The notes beneath the pieces are model-generated. The model made no database searches and was not told the origin of the DNA. It saw nothing but the letters and a program-made list of their open reading frames with translations. From IMG/VR virus record IMGVR_UViG_3300012065_000001, positions 1 through 55,160 of that record: a stretch of 55,160 bases of DNA; one strand, 5' to 3'. Positions 26,078 through 36,209 of this stretch are shown here, one piece after another. This DNA comes from a virus. The translations under genes were made by a program, and so were the position numbers. Positions within the stretch are counted from its first letter, which is position 1. The number at the start of each line of letters is the position of its first letter.

Positions 26078-28021
26078 ATGCAAGCTATTACCAAGGCTAT
26101 GAGCTCGACACTCACGGCCATGAGAAATATCGAGGGCGTGAATATAGGAAAGGAATTTGCGCGGGCCGCCGCTGACGTAAAATTAGCGCAGAACGCAATC
26201 GACGATCTTAATGATTCGTTGAATCAAGCGGGATCGGCAGCACAAAAATCAGGCGATGGCTTCACGATTATGAAAGGCGTTGCCGTGCATGCACTTACAG
26301 CAATCGGCAGCGCCATCAAAAGCAATATAACCCAAGGCATAGATAAGGCATTTGCTCGAATTGATACCATGGAGCAATTCAACCGAACCATGACGGCGTT
26401 AACAGGATCATCATCATTGGCCGCCGCTTCGCTTGAAAGTGTACGGCAAAGCGTCACCGGCACGGCTTATGGCCTGGATGTGGCTGCAAGTGCCGTTCAG
26501 GGATTCGTTACCAGCGGCATGAGCATCGGTACTGCTACAAATCAAATAAGCGCACTCGCTGACGCTACGTCATTTTACGGCAAAGGCACAAACGCGGCAC
26601 TGGAAAGCGTTTCGGAGGCATGGGCAAAAATAACCACCTCTGGGAAGGTTTCGGCCACGGAAATAAGATCGCTTACTTTGGCGGGCATTCCCGTATATAA
26701 AATTTATGCAGATGCCGTAGGGAGAAGCGTTGGTGATATTCAGGAGGATTTAAGCGCCGGTACCATTAGCGCTGCGGAATTCCAGCGAACGTTAACCGAT
26801 GCATTAATGAGCGGAACAGAGCATTTCGTCAGCATAGAAGGTGCCGCTAAAGAAGCTGGTGCCAGTTGGCAGGGTACGTTCGACAATATGGGCGCTGCCA
26901 TTGCCAGGGGATGGACGAATATTATAACTGAGATTGATGCCTCGCTCTCAGCCGCCGGATTTCCGACCTTGCGTCAAATCATCAAAGAGGTCGGTGTCTC
27001 AATGGAGGGATTCCTCAATATGATTGCGGATAATATAGATGTTATTATGGGATTTGGTGCGGGTATATTATCTGCAGCGGCAGCATGGGGCATCTATACT
27101 GCGGCCACATGGCTATCGGTAGCAGCCAACCAAGCGCTGATTGCGTCTCTATTGGCAAATCCCTTTGTGTGGATCGCCGTTGTTATAGGCATCATTATTT
27201 CGCAAATATACAAATGGGTGCAAGCTGTAGGCGGCATAGAAATCGCAATGGCGATAGCAGGAGACAGAACGCGCACAACCCTCGAAAATATCAGTCTGTG
27301 GTTTAATATCATGGCTACCAACGTTAACAACCAATGGTCTAAATTTACGCTGGGTTTCGAAAGGGCAAGCGTTGCCATACAAAATTATATGGGTGACATG
27401 AAAGTTAAGGTGCTCAATATTTTGCAGGATATGGTCAACGGTGCGATCGACATTATAAATGGCTTCATCGGCACACTGAACAATATACCTGGCGTCAGCC
27501 TTAGCGTGGTGGAGCAGGTTACTTTTGCGGCAACGGCCGCTGCTGAAAACGAGGCCGCAAAACAAACAAGGGCAGCAGGACTGGCAGCAGCCGAGGCAAG
27601 CACATCAGCAGCTATTGCGGCACGAAATGCAGAGCTTGCGACAATGCAATCAGACATTGCGAGATATCAGGCCGCAAGGGAAAGACAGATAACCCGAATG
27701 CAGATGGAAGCCAGAGCGGGCGCCGCTACAGCTGTTGGAGGCGAACTCGATCTTTCTGACTATGCTACTGATACTCCTGAAGGTAAGGCCCTCAAAACAA
27801 AAACCACTGGTAAGGTAGACATCAACACTGAGGATATTCAAATGCTTCTCGATCTGGCTACTCGTGATTTCCAAGTCACATACCAGACCCTAACGCCGCA
27901 AATAGCTCTCAATGTGGATACGATACGCGAGACAGCAGACATAGACCAAATCATAGATACAATAGCAGATTGGACGGCAGAGGCGGCAGAAGCAAGCTTG
28001 TATGTGGGGGTGCCAGCGTGA
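26078..28021 (+). CDS. Tail tape measure protein (N-terminus may extend to 26027)
   Basis: 647 aa; A/G/S/T-rich with a central hydrophobic segment; positioned after the chaperone. The frame is open back to the TAG at 26009. Confidence 0.85.
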   Translation: MQAITKAMSSTLTAMRNIEGVNIGKEFARAAADVKLAQNAIDDLNDSLNQAGSAAQKSGDGFTIMKGVAVHALTAIGSAIKSNITQGIDKAFARIDTMEQFNRTMTALTGSSSLAAASLESVRQSVTGTAYGLDVAASAVQGFVTSGMSIGTATNQISALADATSFYGKGTNAALESVSEAWAKITTSGKVSATEIRSLTLAGIPVYKIYADAVGRSVGDIQEDLSAGTISAAEFQRTLTDALMSGTEHFVSIEGAAKEAGASWQGTFDNMGAAIARGWTNIITEIDASLSAAGFPTLRQIIKEVGVSMEGFLNMIADNIDVIMGFGAGILSAAAAWGIYTAATWLSVAANQALIASLLANPFVWIAVVIGIIISQIYKWVQAVGGIEIAMAIAGDRTRTTLENISLWFNIMATNVNNQWSKFTLGFERASVAIQNYMGDMKVKVLNILQDMVNGAIDIINGFIGTLNNIPGVSLSVVEQVTFAATAAAENEAAKQTRAAGLAAAEASTSAAIAARNAELATMQSDIARYQAARERQITRMQMEARAGAATAVGGELDLSDYATDTPEGKALKTKTTGKVDINTEDIQMLLDLATRDFQVTYQTLTPQIALNVDTIRETADIDQIIDTIADWTAEAAEASLYVGVPA

Positions 28022-28653
28022 TTAGCCTGATTTTCGAGCGAACGGAGGGCTTCATTTCGTTGCCCGTGAGCCCGGAAAGTATAGAAATTAAAATTCCGGG
28101 TACAAACAAAAAAACAGACATAGTAAGCCTTGGCGAAATCGTTGTGTTGCGAGAGCCGGGGCTTGCTTCTTTTAGTGTATCCAGCTTTTTTCCTGCTGCC
28201 GAAAATCCGCAGGCGTATATAAGATTCATAACGAATTGGAGAAAAAGCAAGACCCATGCCCGATTTATCATTGGTAGCTTGAACATAAATATGCTGGTAG
28301 CCATTGAGGATTTCTCTTATGAGCATCGGGCGGGCGAAGAACAAGACATCTATTACACATTATCCTTGACTGAGTACCGGCCTTATGGCGCGGAGATTAT
28401 GAGCATTGATGTAGAGACAAATACAGCAGCGCCGGTTACCGAAACACGAGTTGATAACAGTGGGGCGGTGGAACAGACGTATATGGTTGTCAGTGGCGAT
28501 AATTTGGGCGCTATTGCCCGGCGGCTATCTGGTAGCTGGGATAATTGGCGAGAGCTGTACGAAGCAAATAAGGCCGTAATAGGGGATAATTATAGCTTGA
28601 TATATCCAGGACAGATATTGGTGATTCCGCAAGGATGGGTGACGGCGACATGA
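28018..28653 (+). CDS. LysM-domain tail protein (XkdP-like)
   Basis: GTGA overlap with the tape measure stop; C-terminal YMVVSGDNLGAIARRL...YPGQILVIP LysM motif. Confidence 0.8.
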   Translation: MISLIFERTEGFISLPVSPESIEIKIPGTNKKTDIVSLGEIVVLREPGLASFSVSSFFPAAENPQAYIRFITNWRKSKTHARFIIGSLNINMLVAIEDFSYEHRAGEEQDIYYTLSLTEYRPYGAEIMSIDVETNTAAPVTETRVDNSGAVEQTYMVVSGDNLGAIARRLSGSWDNWRELYEANKAVIGDNYSLIYPGQILVIPQGWVTAT

Positions 28654-29657
28654 CGTACGAACTATATTGCACGAACAGAGAGATAAGCGAAGACATTAGT
28701 ACGACTACAAGGTTTGATGTTACGACCTTGGCTGGTACTATCACGCATCAAACCACCCTTAATGGACAGCCAGGGAAGCTTACGGTAACATTGCAGCGAG
28801 ACCCAAATGAAAAGCTTAGAGTGGCCTGCGGGAATATGCTGGAATTTATCGTTGACGGCGCCGGCATCTTCAAGGGATATGTTTTTACCATGGACGGGGA
28901 GGAAACAGGAACGTATAAAATTCTCGCATATGACCAAATGCGATACTTAAGAAATAAAGAAATCTACATTACCAGTGAAATGACGGCCAGCGAAATATTT
29001 GAGCAAATCTGCGCTGATAATCTGCAAATATCTCAATGGGAGGTCGTGACGCCAACATCACATGTTGCGCCGGCGTATTTTCATGAAAATAAAATGCTGT
29101 ATGAAATCATTAAGTACGGGATTGATCAAGCCATTATTCACGAGAACGATTACTACTTTGTTAAGGACAATTTCGGCACATTGCAATTTACAAGCTTATC
29201 AAAAGAACTGACGAATTTAATGATTGGCGATGGCTCACTATTAACCGGCTACACCTATGAGATAAGCATCGATAAGGACACTTACAATGTTATTAAGGGA
29301 TATGTAGCAGACGAGAAAAAGGGGAGCTTTTCGACATGGATCACAAAACCTGTTGCCAGCCAGGCTCTATGGGGAAAATTGCAGTTGCTTGATAAGGCTC
29401 CAGAAGGACTAAATGAGGCTCAGCTTGCAGATAGGGCCGAACAGCTCCTTAAATTGCATAACAGGGAAACCAAAACGCTAAAATTAAACATTGTAGGGCT
29501 TGCTGGCCGGGTAACTGATATTCCTAAACTGATAGCTGGGAGCGGTTTTAATTTTCAACTTGAAAGATTGGGAATCAATCAAAACATGTGGGTCACTTCG
29601 GCGGTGCACAATTACGAAAAAGACTATCATACTGCGAGCTTGGAGGTGTTCGTTTGA
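28650..29657 (+). CDS. XkdQ-like tail/baseplate hub protein
   Basis: 335 aa; conserved position after the LysM protein. Confidence 0.65.
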   Translation: MTYELYCTNREISEDISTTTRFDVTTLAGTITHQTTLNGQPGKLTVTLQRDPNEKLRVACGNMLEFIVDGAGIFKGYVFTMDGEETGTYKILAYDQMRYLRNKEIYITSEMTASEIFEQICADNLQISQWEVVTPTSHVAPAYFHENKMLYEIIKYGIDQAIIHENDYYFVKDNFGTLQFTSLSKELTNLMIGDGSLLTGYTYEISIDKDTYNVIKGYVADEKKGSFSTWITKPVASQALWGKLQLLDKAPEGLNEAQLADRAEQLLKLHNRETKTLKLNIVGLAGRVTDIPKLIAGSGFNFQLERLGINQNMWVTSAVHNYEKDYHTASLEVFV

Positions 29658-30064
29658 CGAATGGAGTTAATAAGCTGCTTAATACAATGTCGAAAATGGG
29701 AACCGATACAGTGTCAGAATTATCATATGGCACAGTAACAAGCCTCAATCCGCTGGTAATAACACGGGAAACCGGAGAAAGCAGAACGCCTTTGACGGCG
29801 GAATTTTTGGTGTTGTCGAAAATGTGCAAGGAATTCAGGATTGCTTCGGCTAAACATTACCACGTAGTGCCATCCGGTAGCACATCGGTTGCTGAGGGTC
29901 ATCTGCATGGTATACCAACAAGAGATACTGCGAATGCGCTAGAGGACTTGCTGATTTGGCCAGGCCTGCGTGTTGGTGAAAAAGTGATACTTTTGTCATT
30001 TAGCAGCAGTCAGAAATTTTTCGTTGAACGTATGGAAGTATTGGAAAACGAGGTGGGGGCATGA
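29654..30064 (+). CDS. XkdR-like (DUF2577) baseplate protein
   Basis: TTG 29654 after GGAGGTG; YGTVTSLNPLVI..LTAEFLVLS pattern. Confidence 0.6.
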   Translation: MTNGVNKLLNTMSKMGTDTVSELSYGTVTSLNPLVITRETGESRTPLTAEFLVLSKMCKEFRIASAKHYHVVPSGSTSVAEGHLHGIPTRDTANALEDLLIWPGLRVGEKVILLSFSSSQKFFVERMEVLENEVGA

Positions 30065-30462
30065 TACCTCAGATCGGGGCAGAAGCAGACATAACCCAAA
30101 TCAAGATTGTGCCATATCCGACTTTTACCTATCGGCATACTGATAATCAGATTGTGGGTAATACAGACGAATTAGAGGCTATACAGCAGGCGGTGTATCA
30201 TATCTTGTCAACTGAGCGATATGCTTATGCGATCTACGACAATAACAATGGCGTGGAACTGGAAAAATATCGAAAACGTGGCTTCGAGTATTTGGAAGCT
30301 ACGATTCAGAGCACTTTGCAGGACGCGCTCTTTCAGGATGACAGAATAACTGCGGTGACGGTAACGAGTATTGAAAAGACCGGAGCCGATAGCGCTTTGG
30401 TTAAATTTACGGTGGTTTGTAGTAAGGGTACATTCGGATCGGAGGTGGTAGTCAATGCCTAG
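30061..30462 (+). CDS. XkdS-like (DUF2634, gp25/W-like) baseplate protein
   Basis: 133 aa; ATGA overlap; position. Confidence 0.6.
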   Translation: MIPQIGAEADITQIKIVPYPTFTYRHTDNQIVGNTDELEAIQQAVYHILSTERYAYAIYDNNNGVELEKYRKRGFEYLEATIQSTLQDALFQDDRITAVTVTSIEKTGADSALVKFTVVCSKGTFGSEVVVNA

Positions 30463-31552
30463 TTTTCAAGCAATACTAACACGAATGCTGGCGTTGGTTT
30501 CTACCACGCGAGATAAGCGGCAGGGATCAATCATATATGACACGCTTTCTCCTACTGCCATGGAACTGGCTCAAATGAATATCAATATAGAAATATTCAA
30601 GGAGCAGACATACCTCTTGACAGCTACCGGCATAAATCTGGAGAATCGTGCTGCCGACCATGGAATCACCCGAACACAGGCTACTTACGCCGTACGGATC
30701 GCCGAAATGATTGATACAGACGGCAATCCCATTTATTTGCCGACAGGTAGCCGTTTCAGTGCGCCCAATACGATAGGCCTGAATTTTGTGCTTACAGCAA
30801 ATATGAGCACGCCCGGCGAATGTCTTTTGACTTGCGAGACAGCGGGGACGATAGGAAACGCTTATTTAGGTCCGATGTTGCCATTGTTCGTGATAAATAA
30901 TCTGCGGAGCGCCACCATGACCGGCACATATATACCGGCTGAGGACACCGAAACGGATACCAATTTGCGCAAGCGCGTGTTGGAGCGCATCAATAAAAAG
31001 GCTTACGGCGGAAATGTGGCGCAATACAGAGAATGGACGATAGCCATTGAAGGTGTGGGAGAAGTTAAAGTGTTTCCGGTTTGGGACGGCGGCGGAACCG
31101 TGATGCTGTCTATTGTTGACAGTGAATATCTACCGGTTACAACTGACTTTATCAATATCGTGCAGACCGAAATGGACCCTATACCAAATAGCGGCGAGGG
31201 CTTAGGTACGGCCCCAATCGGCCATAGGGTGACAGTTGTAACGCCAACGAAAGTCAGCATATATATCGTGGCGACTGTGGCACTGAGAGCTGGATACACA
31301 ATTGTGCAATTGCAAAATAACATCAATAATGCTATAGAAGCGTATTTGCTTGAGCTGCGGCAGGAATGGGGAGAGGCAGGATCGTTATCAGTTTTCTTGG
31401 CCCGTATAAACGCGGCCATCATAAGCGTAGAAGGCGTCAACAATGTGACAAATACAACGATCAATGGTTCAACTGCGGACCTTAATTTGATTCAGACTTC
31501 GGCAGTGCAGCAAATACCTGTGTTTGGGAGTGTGACGTTGTATGGCGGTTAA
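30455..31552 (+). CDS. Baseplate J-like protein (XkdT-like)
   Basis: 365 aa; position and typical ..RINKKAYGGN..W..A pattern. Confidence 0.7.
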   Translation: MPSFQAILTRMLALVSTTRDKRQGSIIYDTLSPTAMELAQMNINIEIFKEQTYLLTATGINLENRAADHGITRTQATYAVRIAEMIDTDGNPIYLPTGSRFSAPNTIGLNFVLTANMSTPGECLLTCETAGTIGNAYLGPMLPLFVINNLRSATMTGTYIPAEDTETDTNLRKRVLERINKKAYGGNVAQYREWTIAIEGVGEVKVFPVWDGGGTVMLSIVDSEYLPVTTDFINIVQTEMDPIPNSGEGLGTAPIGHRVTVVTPTKVSIYIVATVALRAGYTIVQLQNNINNAIEAYLLELRQEWGEAGSLSVFLARINAAIISVEGVNNVTNTTINGSTADLNLIQTSAVQQIPVFGSVTLYGG

Positions 31553-32177
31553 GGACTTTTTTAACCTCATCTATAAGGGTAACCTGGATACAGACGCAAT
31601 CATAGAAGCTGTTCAGCCGGAACTTGACGCACAATCAAAGGCGATCTTGGATAATTTTTATGACACTTTTCCGATTGTGGCGACGGAAACCGGCCTGTTG
31701 AAGTGGGAAAATATATTAGACATTGTATTCGATACTGCGACGGAATCGCTGGAATTTAGGCGAGGGCGTATCGTTAACAGGCTATCAAGCAATATCCCCT
31801 ACACCGAGCGAACGCTGCGGGTTATCATGGATACCATAATGGGCGAAGGAAACTGGTCGTATGATTTGGACTACCGGAATTATAAGCTGGATATTTTAAG
31901 TCTGAGGCCGGGCAGGGATTGGTTTGCTGAGATGTTCGAAACTCTAAAAAGGATAGTGCCTGCGAATATACTATGGACGCTGTATACATATTACGTAATT
32001 TGGCAGGTGGTATATGAAACTTATGATACGTGGGGAGATGTGGCAGGCGTGGCGACTCAGAGTCACGACGATTTGTCCGTGTACACTCATGCCGAATTAG
32101 CGCAGAAAACGCATGCCGAATTGAGAACCAGCACTATTATCACAAAGACGTGGCAAGAGGTTATGGAGGGGATGTAA
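31542..32177 (+). CDS. XkdU-like (DUF2313) tail protein
   Basis: 211 aa; follows baseplate J. Confidence 0.6.
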   Translation: MAVKDFFNLIYKGNLDTDAIIEAVQPELDAQSKAILDNFYDTFPIVATETGLLKWENILDIVFDTATESLEFRRGRIVNRLSSNIPYTERTLRVIMDTIMGEGNWSYDLDYRNYKLDILSLRPGRDWFAEMFETLKRIVPANILWTLYTYYVIWQVVYETYDTWGDVAGVATQSHDDLSVYTHAELAQKTHAELRTSTIITKTWQEVMEGM

Positions 32178-32178
32178 G

Positions 32179-32853
32179 ATGGCAACTACAACAACTAATT
32201 TGGGGTTAACGAAACCGGATGCGGCTGAGAATTATGATATTGGCGTATTTAATGGCAATGCTGATACCTTGGATGCTGCGCATGTGGAGGTTGGTGTGGC
32301 CCTAGATACTAAGGTGAGACAGACAGAATTTGACGCTAGGGCGGCGGCAGTTGATGCATCTTTGAATTCTATTGCGAATCAATTAGATGGTTCAATATTA
32401 ACAGCAGGAGGATTAAAAAACTGGAACAGCGGAAACTTAATCGTAGAATCTGGTACATGGACACCATATCTGGGAGGCACGGAAGCGAGCAATAGCAATG
32501 TGTACGCACAACAGGTAGGGCGCTATAAGCGTATTGGCGATACAATGCATATATGGGGCAGAGTATCGCTTACATCTTTTGTTGCGTCTTCGATTACTGG
32601 TGGCAATATCTGTATTAAAGGATTACCCGCAACGGTAATTGGAGTAGGTGCTCTCGCTATCCCTGTTGCTATAGGTTTGTGCCGCTATATACAATTCCCC
32701 ACTACTTTTGTAGTATGGTCTAGCTATATAGAGCCAGGAACTGCCACTATCGTTTTGATGGGCACACTAATAAATGCCGATATGATACAGATGCTAAGCT
32801 ATATAACTAATAGCACCACAATTGCCATTTCTGCAACTTATCCAATCGCATAG
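32179..32853 (+). CDS. Tail fibre protein
   Basis: N-terminal TTNLGLTKPDAAENYDIGVFNGNADTLD box common to Firmicute phage fibres. Confidence 0.7.
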   Translation: MATTTTNLGLTKPDAAENYDIGVFNGNADTLDAAHVEVGVALDTKVRQTEFDARAAAVDASLNSIANQLDGSILTAGGLKNWNSGNLIVESGTWTPYLGGTEASNSNVYAQQVGRYKRIGDTMHIWGRVSLTSFVASSITGGNICIKGLPATVIGVGALAIPVAIGLCRYIQFPTTFVVWSSYIEPGTATIVLMGTLINADMIQMLSYITNSTTIAISATYPIA

Positions 32854-32864
32854 GAGGGATTAAA

Positions 32865-33113
32865 ATGGAGACTAAAACAAGAACATCAATTACAGGCATA
32901 AATAGTAATGGCACAATATCAGTACTTACGCAAACATATGCGGAATACAATAGCCAAGAAATCATCCTCGGGAATCATAGGGAAGCTCTTGTTCCGGGTC
33001 AATTTGAGAGAGCGAGAGAAATATTGCCGGACAACCAATACAATGCTGTCGTTGCTCTTTGGACAAGAGAAGTGATTGAGGCATATCGATCATTGATGGC
33101 TGAAAATATCTAA
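32865..33113 (+). CDS. Hypothetical protein (82 aa), fibre-associated
   Basis: SD AGGAGGGA. Confidence 0.5.
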   Translation: METKTRTSITGINSNGTISVLTQTYAEYNSQEIILGNHREALVPGQFERAREILPDNQYNAVVALWTREVIEAYRSLMAENI

Positions 33114-33233
33114 CGCATCTTATTGCCCTATTACGCATTAACCACCGAGCAGTCGCAAAGCTGTTATTTTTATGCAAAACGTACAAAGGGGATGGTGATT
33201 TGAAGCAAAGGCACACAGTCAGGAGGCATGCAA

Positions 33234-33473
33234 ATGGCAAAGTTTAATTTTATTGACATCTCGCTATCCACCAGGGCCGATATTACGGACGTGAGGGATA
33301 ACTTCGATAAGGTCGAAGCCTTGGGACTTACAGAGGCATTATTGACCGAACATATAACCGACGCAATGCCGCATATTGCGACGGATGCAAGCGGTATAAG
33401 ATATAGGTACGGCTTTAAGCCGGTCACAGTCAACGGAAGCCTGACGGTGGCATTTGTTTATGAGGCGGTGTAA
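33234..33473 (+). CDS. Hypothetical protein
   Basis: ATG 33234 lies 8 nt after CAGGAGG. Confidence 0.5.
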   Translation: MAKFNFIDISLSTRADITDVRDNFDKVEALGLTEALLTEHITDAMPHIATDASGIRYRYGFKPVTVNGSLTVAFVYEAV

Positions 33474-33475
33474 TT

Positions 33476-34105
33476 ATGGCAAGTCAGATTAATTTAGCAG
33501 ACAAGGAAACGCTGGATACGGTTAATGCCAATGTATCGACGGTTAAAACTGATGTTGGCACAGTCAATACAAACATCGGAGCAAAAGCGGATACCGCAGC
33601 GACAGCGGTCAATACGACAAATTCTGTATTTGCTAATATAAAGGGTATCTTGACAAAGGCGTTGCTGGTTGGCGCCAATACGGATGCAGCCGGAACCACT
33701 ACAATTTTCGCAAGGTTGAATCAGATATATACTTATTTGGTGAGTACGATCTATGCGTATTTGGCGAATACTCTCTATGCGTACCTGACTGCTAATATGA
33801 GCGCAACAAGGATGGCTAAGATTGATACCATTGCAGCAAGTTCTGTAATTACTAATAGCAGCGTCGTTAAGAGCGTGCAGAGGGGGACATTTAATTTCGG
33901 CGGGGGAAGCAGTGTCGCGATAACTATTAGTTCTGTCACTCCTTCAAAATGCGATATTATGCTGTATGGGTCAGTATTTAGTTCTAGTAACGCCGCTCAT
34001 CAGCTTGCTCCATATGTAAGCGCTTTAAGCAACACAGTATTAACGATAGGCCTCGTAGTCTCTAGCAGCAATATCGCAGGGTATCAAATAGTCGAATACT
34101 ATTAG
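33476..34105 (+). CDS. Putative second tail fibre / receptor-binding protein
   Basis: T/N/V/A-rich N-terminal repeats (VNANVSTVKTDVGTVNTNIGAKADTAATAVNTTN). Confidence 0.45.
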   Translation: MASQINLADKETLDTVNANVSTVKTDVGTVNTNIGAKADTAATAVNTTNSVFANIKGILTKALLVGANTDAAGTTTIFARLNQIYTYLVSTIYAYLANTLYAYLTANMSATRMAKIDTIAASSVITNSSVVKSVQRGTFNFGGGSSVAITISSVTPSKCDIMLYGSVFSSSNAAHQLAPYVSALSNTVLTIGLVVSSSNIAGYQIVEYY

Positions 34106-34118
34106 AGGAGCGTTTCAA

Positions 34119-34298
34119 ATGAATTATTACTACGCACAAATCAATACAGACAACATCTGCTTCGCCGTCTCAGACTTATCCGGCGAGGTAAGAGCCGACA
34201 ATATGATTCGTCTAGAAAACTACGACGCATCATTGTTAGGTAAGCGTTATGTGGACGGTAAATGGCTTGAGGTTGAGCCAAGAGACGAAAGCGCCTAA
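34119..34298 (+). CDS. Small conserved phage protein (59 aa; below track cutoff)
   Basis: ATG 8 nt after AGAGGAG; MNYYYAQINTDNICFAVSDLSGEV.. resembles small ORFs found after Firmicute fibre genes. Confidence 0.55.
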   Translation: MNYYYAQINTDNICFAVSDLSGEVRADNMIRLENYDASLLGKRYVDGKWLEVEPRDESA

Positions 34299-34312
34299 CC
34301 GGCGTTATTTTT
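34290..34312 (+). terminator. Intrinsic terminator
   Basis: AGCGCC/GGCGTT stem plus TTATTTTT. Confidence 0.55.
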
Positions 34313-34331
34313 ATGCGAAGGGAGTGATTTC

Positions 34332-35036
34332 TTGAACATAGCATTTAAACAGTGTAACGCTGCGAATTACACGCCAGGACGTACCAAGGCGATTCAGTAC
34401 CTTGTCATCCATTACACAGCAAATAACGGCGATTCAGCTAACAACAACGCTGTATATTTCGCATATCAAACGCCTGGAGCATCGGCTCATTATTTCGTTG
34501 ATGAAAACGATACGATATGGCAATCTGTTAAGGACACCGACACGGCCTGGCATTGCGGCGCGACGACATACAAGCATGCCTCATGCCGGAACAATAACAG
34601 TATAGGCATTGAGCTATGCAGCAGGCAGGATTCAGCGAAAAATTACTATTTCAAAGCTAATACCGTGACAAATGCCGTGGCTCTGACAAAGGAATTGATG
34701 GCGAAATATGGCATACCGGCTGAAAATGTAATCCGACATTACGATGTTACGGGGAAGAATTGTCCGGCGCCATTTGTTGGTGATTCGGCGCAATGGAGGG
34801 AGTTTAAAGCGAGATTGGAGGCCGAAGAAGTGACTCAGGAACAGTTTGAAAATATGTATGCGACGATGATCGCAAAAGCAAAGGGTGACAAGCCCAGCAG
34901 CTGGGCGAAGGAGATTTGCGAGGCTGCGAAGGAAGCGGGAATATTTAGGGGTGACGGAACTGGTTCGTATAACTGGCAGGACCCAATAACACGAGAGGCG
35001 TTGGCGTCGGTCTTGAAGAATGCAAAACTATTTTAG
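34332..35036 (+). CDS. Endolysin: N-acetylmuramoyl-L-alanine amidase (Amidase_2) with SLH-like C-terminal module
   Basis: YLVIHYTANN..ASAHYFVDE..AWHCGA..NNNSIGIELC; C-terminal WAKEICEAAKEAGIFRGDGTGSYNWQDPITREALA. Confidence 0.9.
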   Translation: MNIAFKQCNAANYTPGRTKAIQYLVIHYTANNGDSANNNAVYFAYQTPGASAHYFVDENDTIWQSVKDTDTAWHCGATTYKHASCRNNNSIGIELCSRQDSAKNYYFKANTVTNAVALTKELMAKYGIPAENVIRHYDVTGKNCPAPFVGDSAQWREFKARLEAEEVTQEQFENMYATMIAKAKGDKPSSWAKEICEAAKEAGIFRGDGTGSYNWQDPITREALASVLKNAKLF

Positions 35037-35087
35037 ATGTTAACGCATAAGCGTAGCATAAATATTATTTTAAAAGGAGAAATGGAA

Positions 35088-35351
35088 ATGTATTACTACC
35101 TCGATCAGTACAAAACACTTCATTGCAGCAAGAATTTAGACACAGCAATTAAGGCTGCAAAATACAACAAAAGAGTCATCGACAAGGATATCCCTGGACA
35201 ACATGGCTGGCCTTATCTTGACGGCATTGAGCTTACTATGGAATCCGCTGACAAAATCTACATTCAGGGAAACAGCAAAGAAGGCAAGGCCGTAGATAGC
35301 GCTCAGTATCCTGCGCTGAAAAGCCTGTATGAGGAATTGCTTAAAGGTTAA
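35088..35351 (+). CDS. Hypothetical protein (87 aa)
   Basis: ATG 35088 lies 7 nt after AAAGGAGA. Confidence 0.5.
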   Translation: MYYYLDQYKTLHCSKNLDTAIKAAKYNKRVIDKDIPGQHGWPYLDGIELTMESADKIYIQGNSKEGKAVDSAQYPALKSLYEELLKG

Positions 35352-35358
35352 TGTCGAA

Positions 35359-35384
35359 GGGCCGGCTTATTCCGGCCCTATTTC
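35359..35384 (+). terminator. Intrinsic terminator-like hairpin
   Basis: GGGCCGG/CCGGCCC 7-bp stem plus TATTT. Confidence 0.55.
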
Positions 35385-35408
35385 CCAAAATTAAAGGAGA
35401 AAAAATAT

Positions 35409-35603
35409 ATGACAAATTTCAAGGAATGGTTCAAGGCAGCTGGCATGAGAGCGGTCAAGACGGTTGCGCAGACAGCGATTGCTACAGTGGGAACATCAAT
35501 GCTCATTGCAGACGTAAATTTGACAATGGTGATATCGGCATCTGTTTTGGCGGGGGCATTGTCTCTCTTGACGTCGATTGCGGGATTGCCAGAGCTGGGA
35601 TAA
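35409..35603 (+). CDS. Holin (LL-H/phi-LC3-like small holin)
   Basis: 64 aa; WFKAAGMRAVKTVAQTAIATVG..TM..LLTSIAGLPE; SD AAAGGAGAAAAA. Confidence 0.75.
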   Translation: MTNFKEWFKAAGMRAVKTVAQTAIATVGTSMLIADVNLTMVISASVLAGALSLLTSIAGLPELG

Positions 35604-35632
35604 GTGAAAATATAATTTGAGTAGGCGATTAA

Positions 35633-35950
35633 ATGACAATCGAATTAGCATTGATTTTTGCCGCTGCATCCTGTATGATTGGCGTGGCGGGATTTATAGG
35701 GGGGAAACAATCAGTTGCCAAAACTGATGGCGTATGGAAAGGGCAGTTAGACACAAACGTAGAACATATCAAGGATGACCTCAAGGAAATCAAGGCAACT
35801 ATGTCGGTAACACAAACCGCCACAGACAACGCAATGGAAAAAATGCGCAAGGATTACAAGGAAAGTGTATCTAATGTGCATGATCGTCTTGATAGCCACT
35901 TACGAGAAGACCATGGCATGGTTGTTCCGCAGCGCCGAAAATTAACATAA
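35633..35950 (+). CDS. Membrane-anchored hypothetical protein
   Basis: N-terminal TM segment (LALIFAAASCMIGVAGFIGG), then a charged helix. Confidence 0.55.
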   Translation: MTIELALIFAAASCMIGVAGFIGGKQSVAKTDGVWKGQLDTNVEHIKDDLKEIKATMSVTQTATDNAMEKMRKDYKESVSNVHDRLDSHLREDHGMVVPQRRKLT

Positions 35951-35960
35951 GGAGGTAAAT

Positions 35961-36209
35961 ATGGAAGATATTACCCATAAAATTGAGGAAGTTGAAAAAG
36001 ACGTTCAATATTTTGACAAATTAATAGATGGAGCAGAAAGGCTGGTTAAACCCTGGAGACTCTCCTTAATTGTCACTAATTTGTTTTGGGCTATCGTTTT
36101 TGCAATTTTTATCGCACTTGCATATTTATCGCCATCCGAAATAGACGTACAACAGAATCAAGGTGCTACAGAACAAAAACAGGAGCAGTCCGTAAAGGGG
36201 GCTAATTGA
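35961..36209 (+). CDS. Membrane hypothetical protein
   Basis: Central TM segment LSLIVTNLFWAIVFAIFIALAYL. Confidence 0.55.
   Translation: MEDITHKIEEVEKDVQYFDKLIDGAERLVKPWRLSLIVTNLFWAIVFAIFIALAYLSPSEIDVQQNQGATEQKQEQSVKGAN

Noticed and set aside
35351-35620. 89-aa ORF overlapping the holin gene in another frame
   Set aside because: It spans a terminator hairpin and lacks an SD. The 64-aa frame (35409..35603) has a strong SD and a typical holin sequence.
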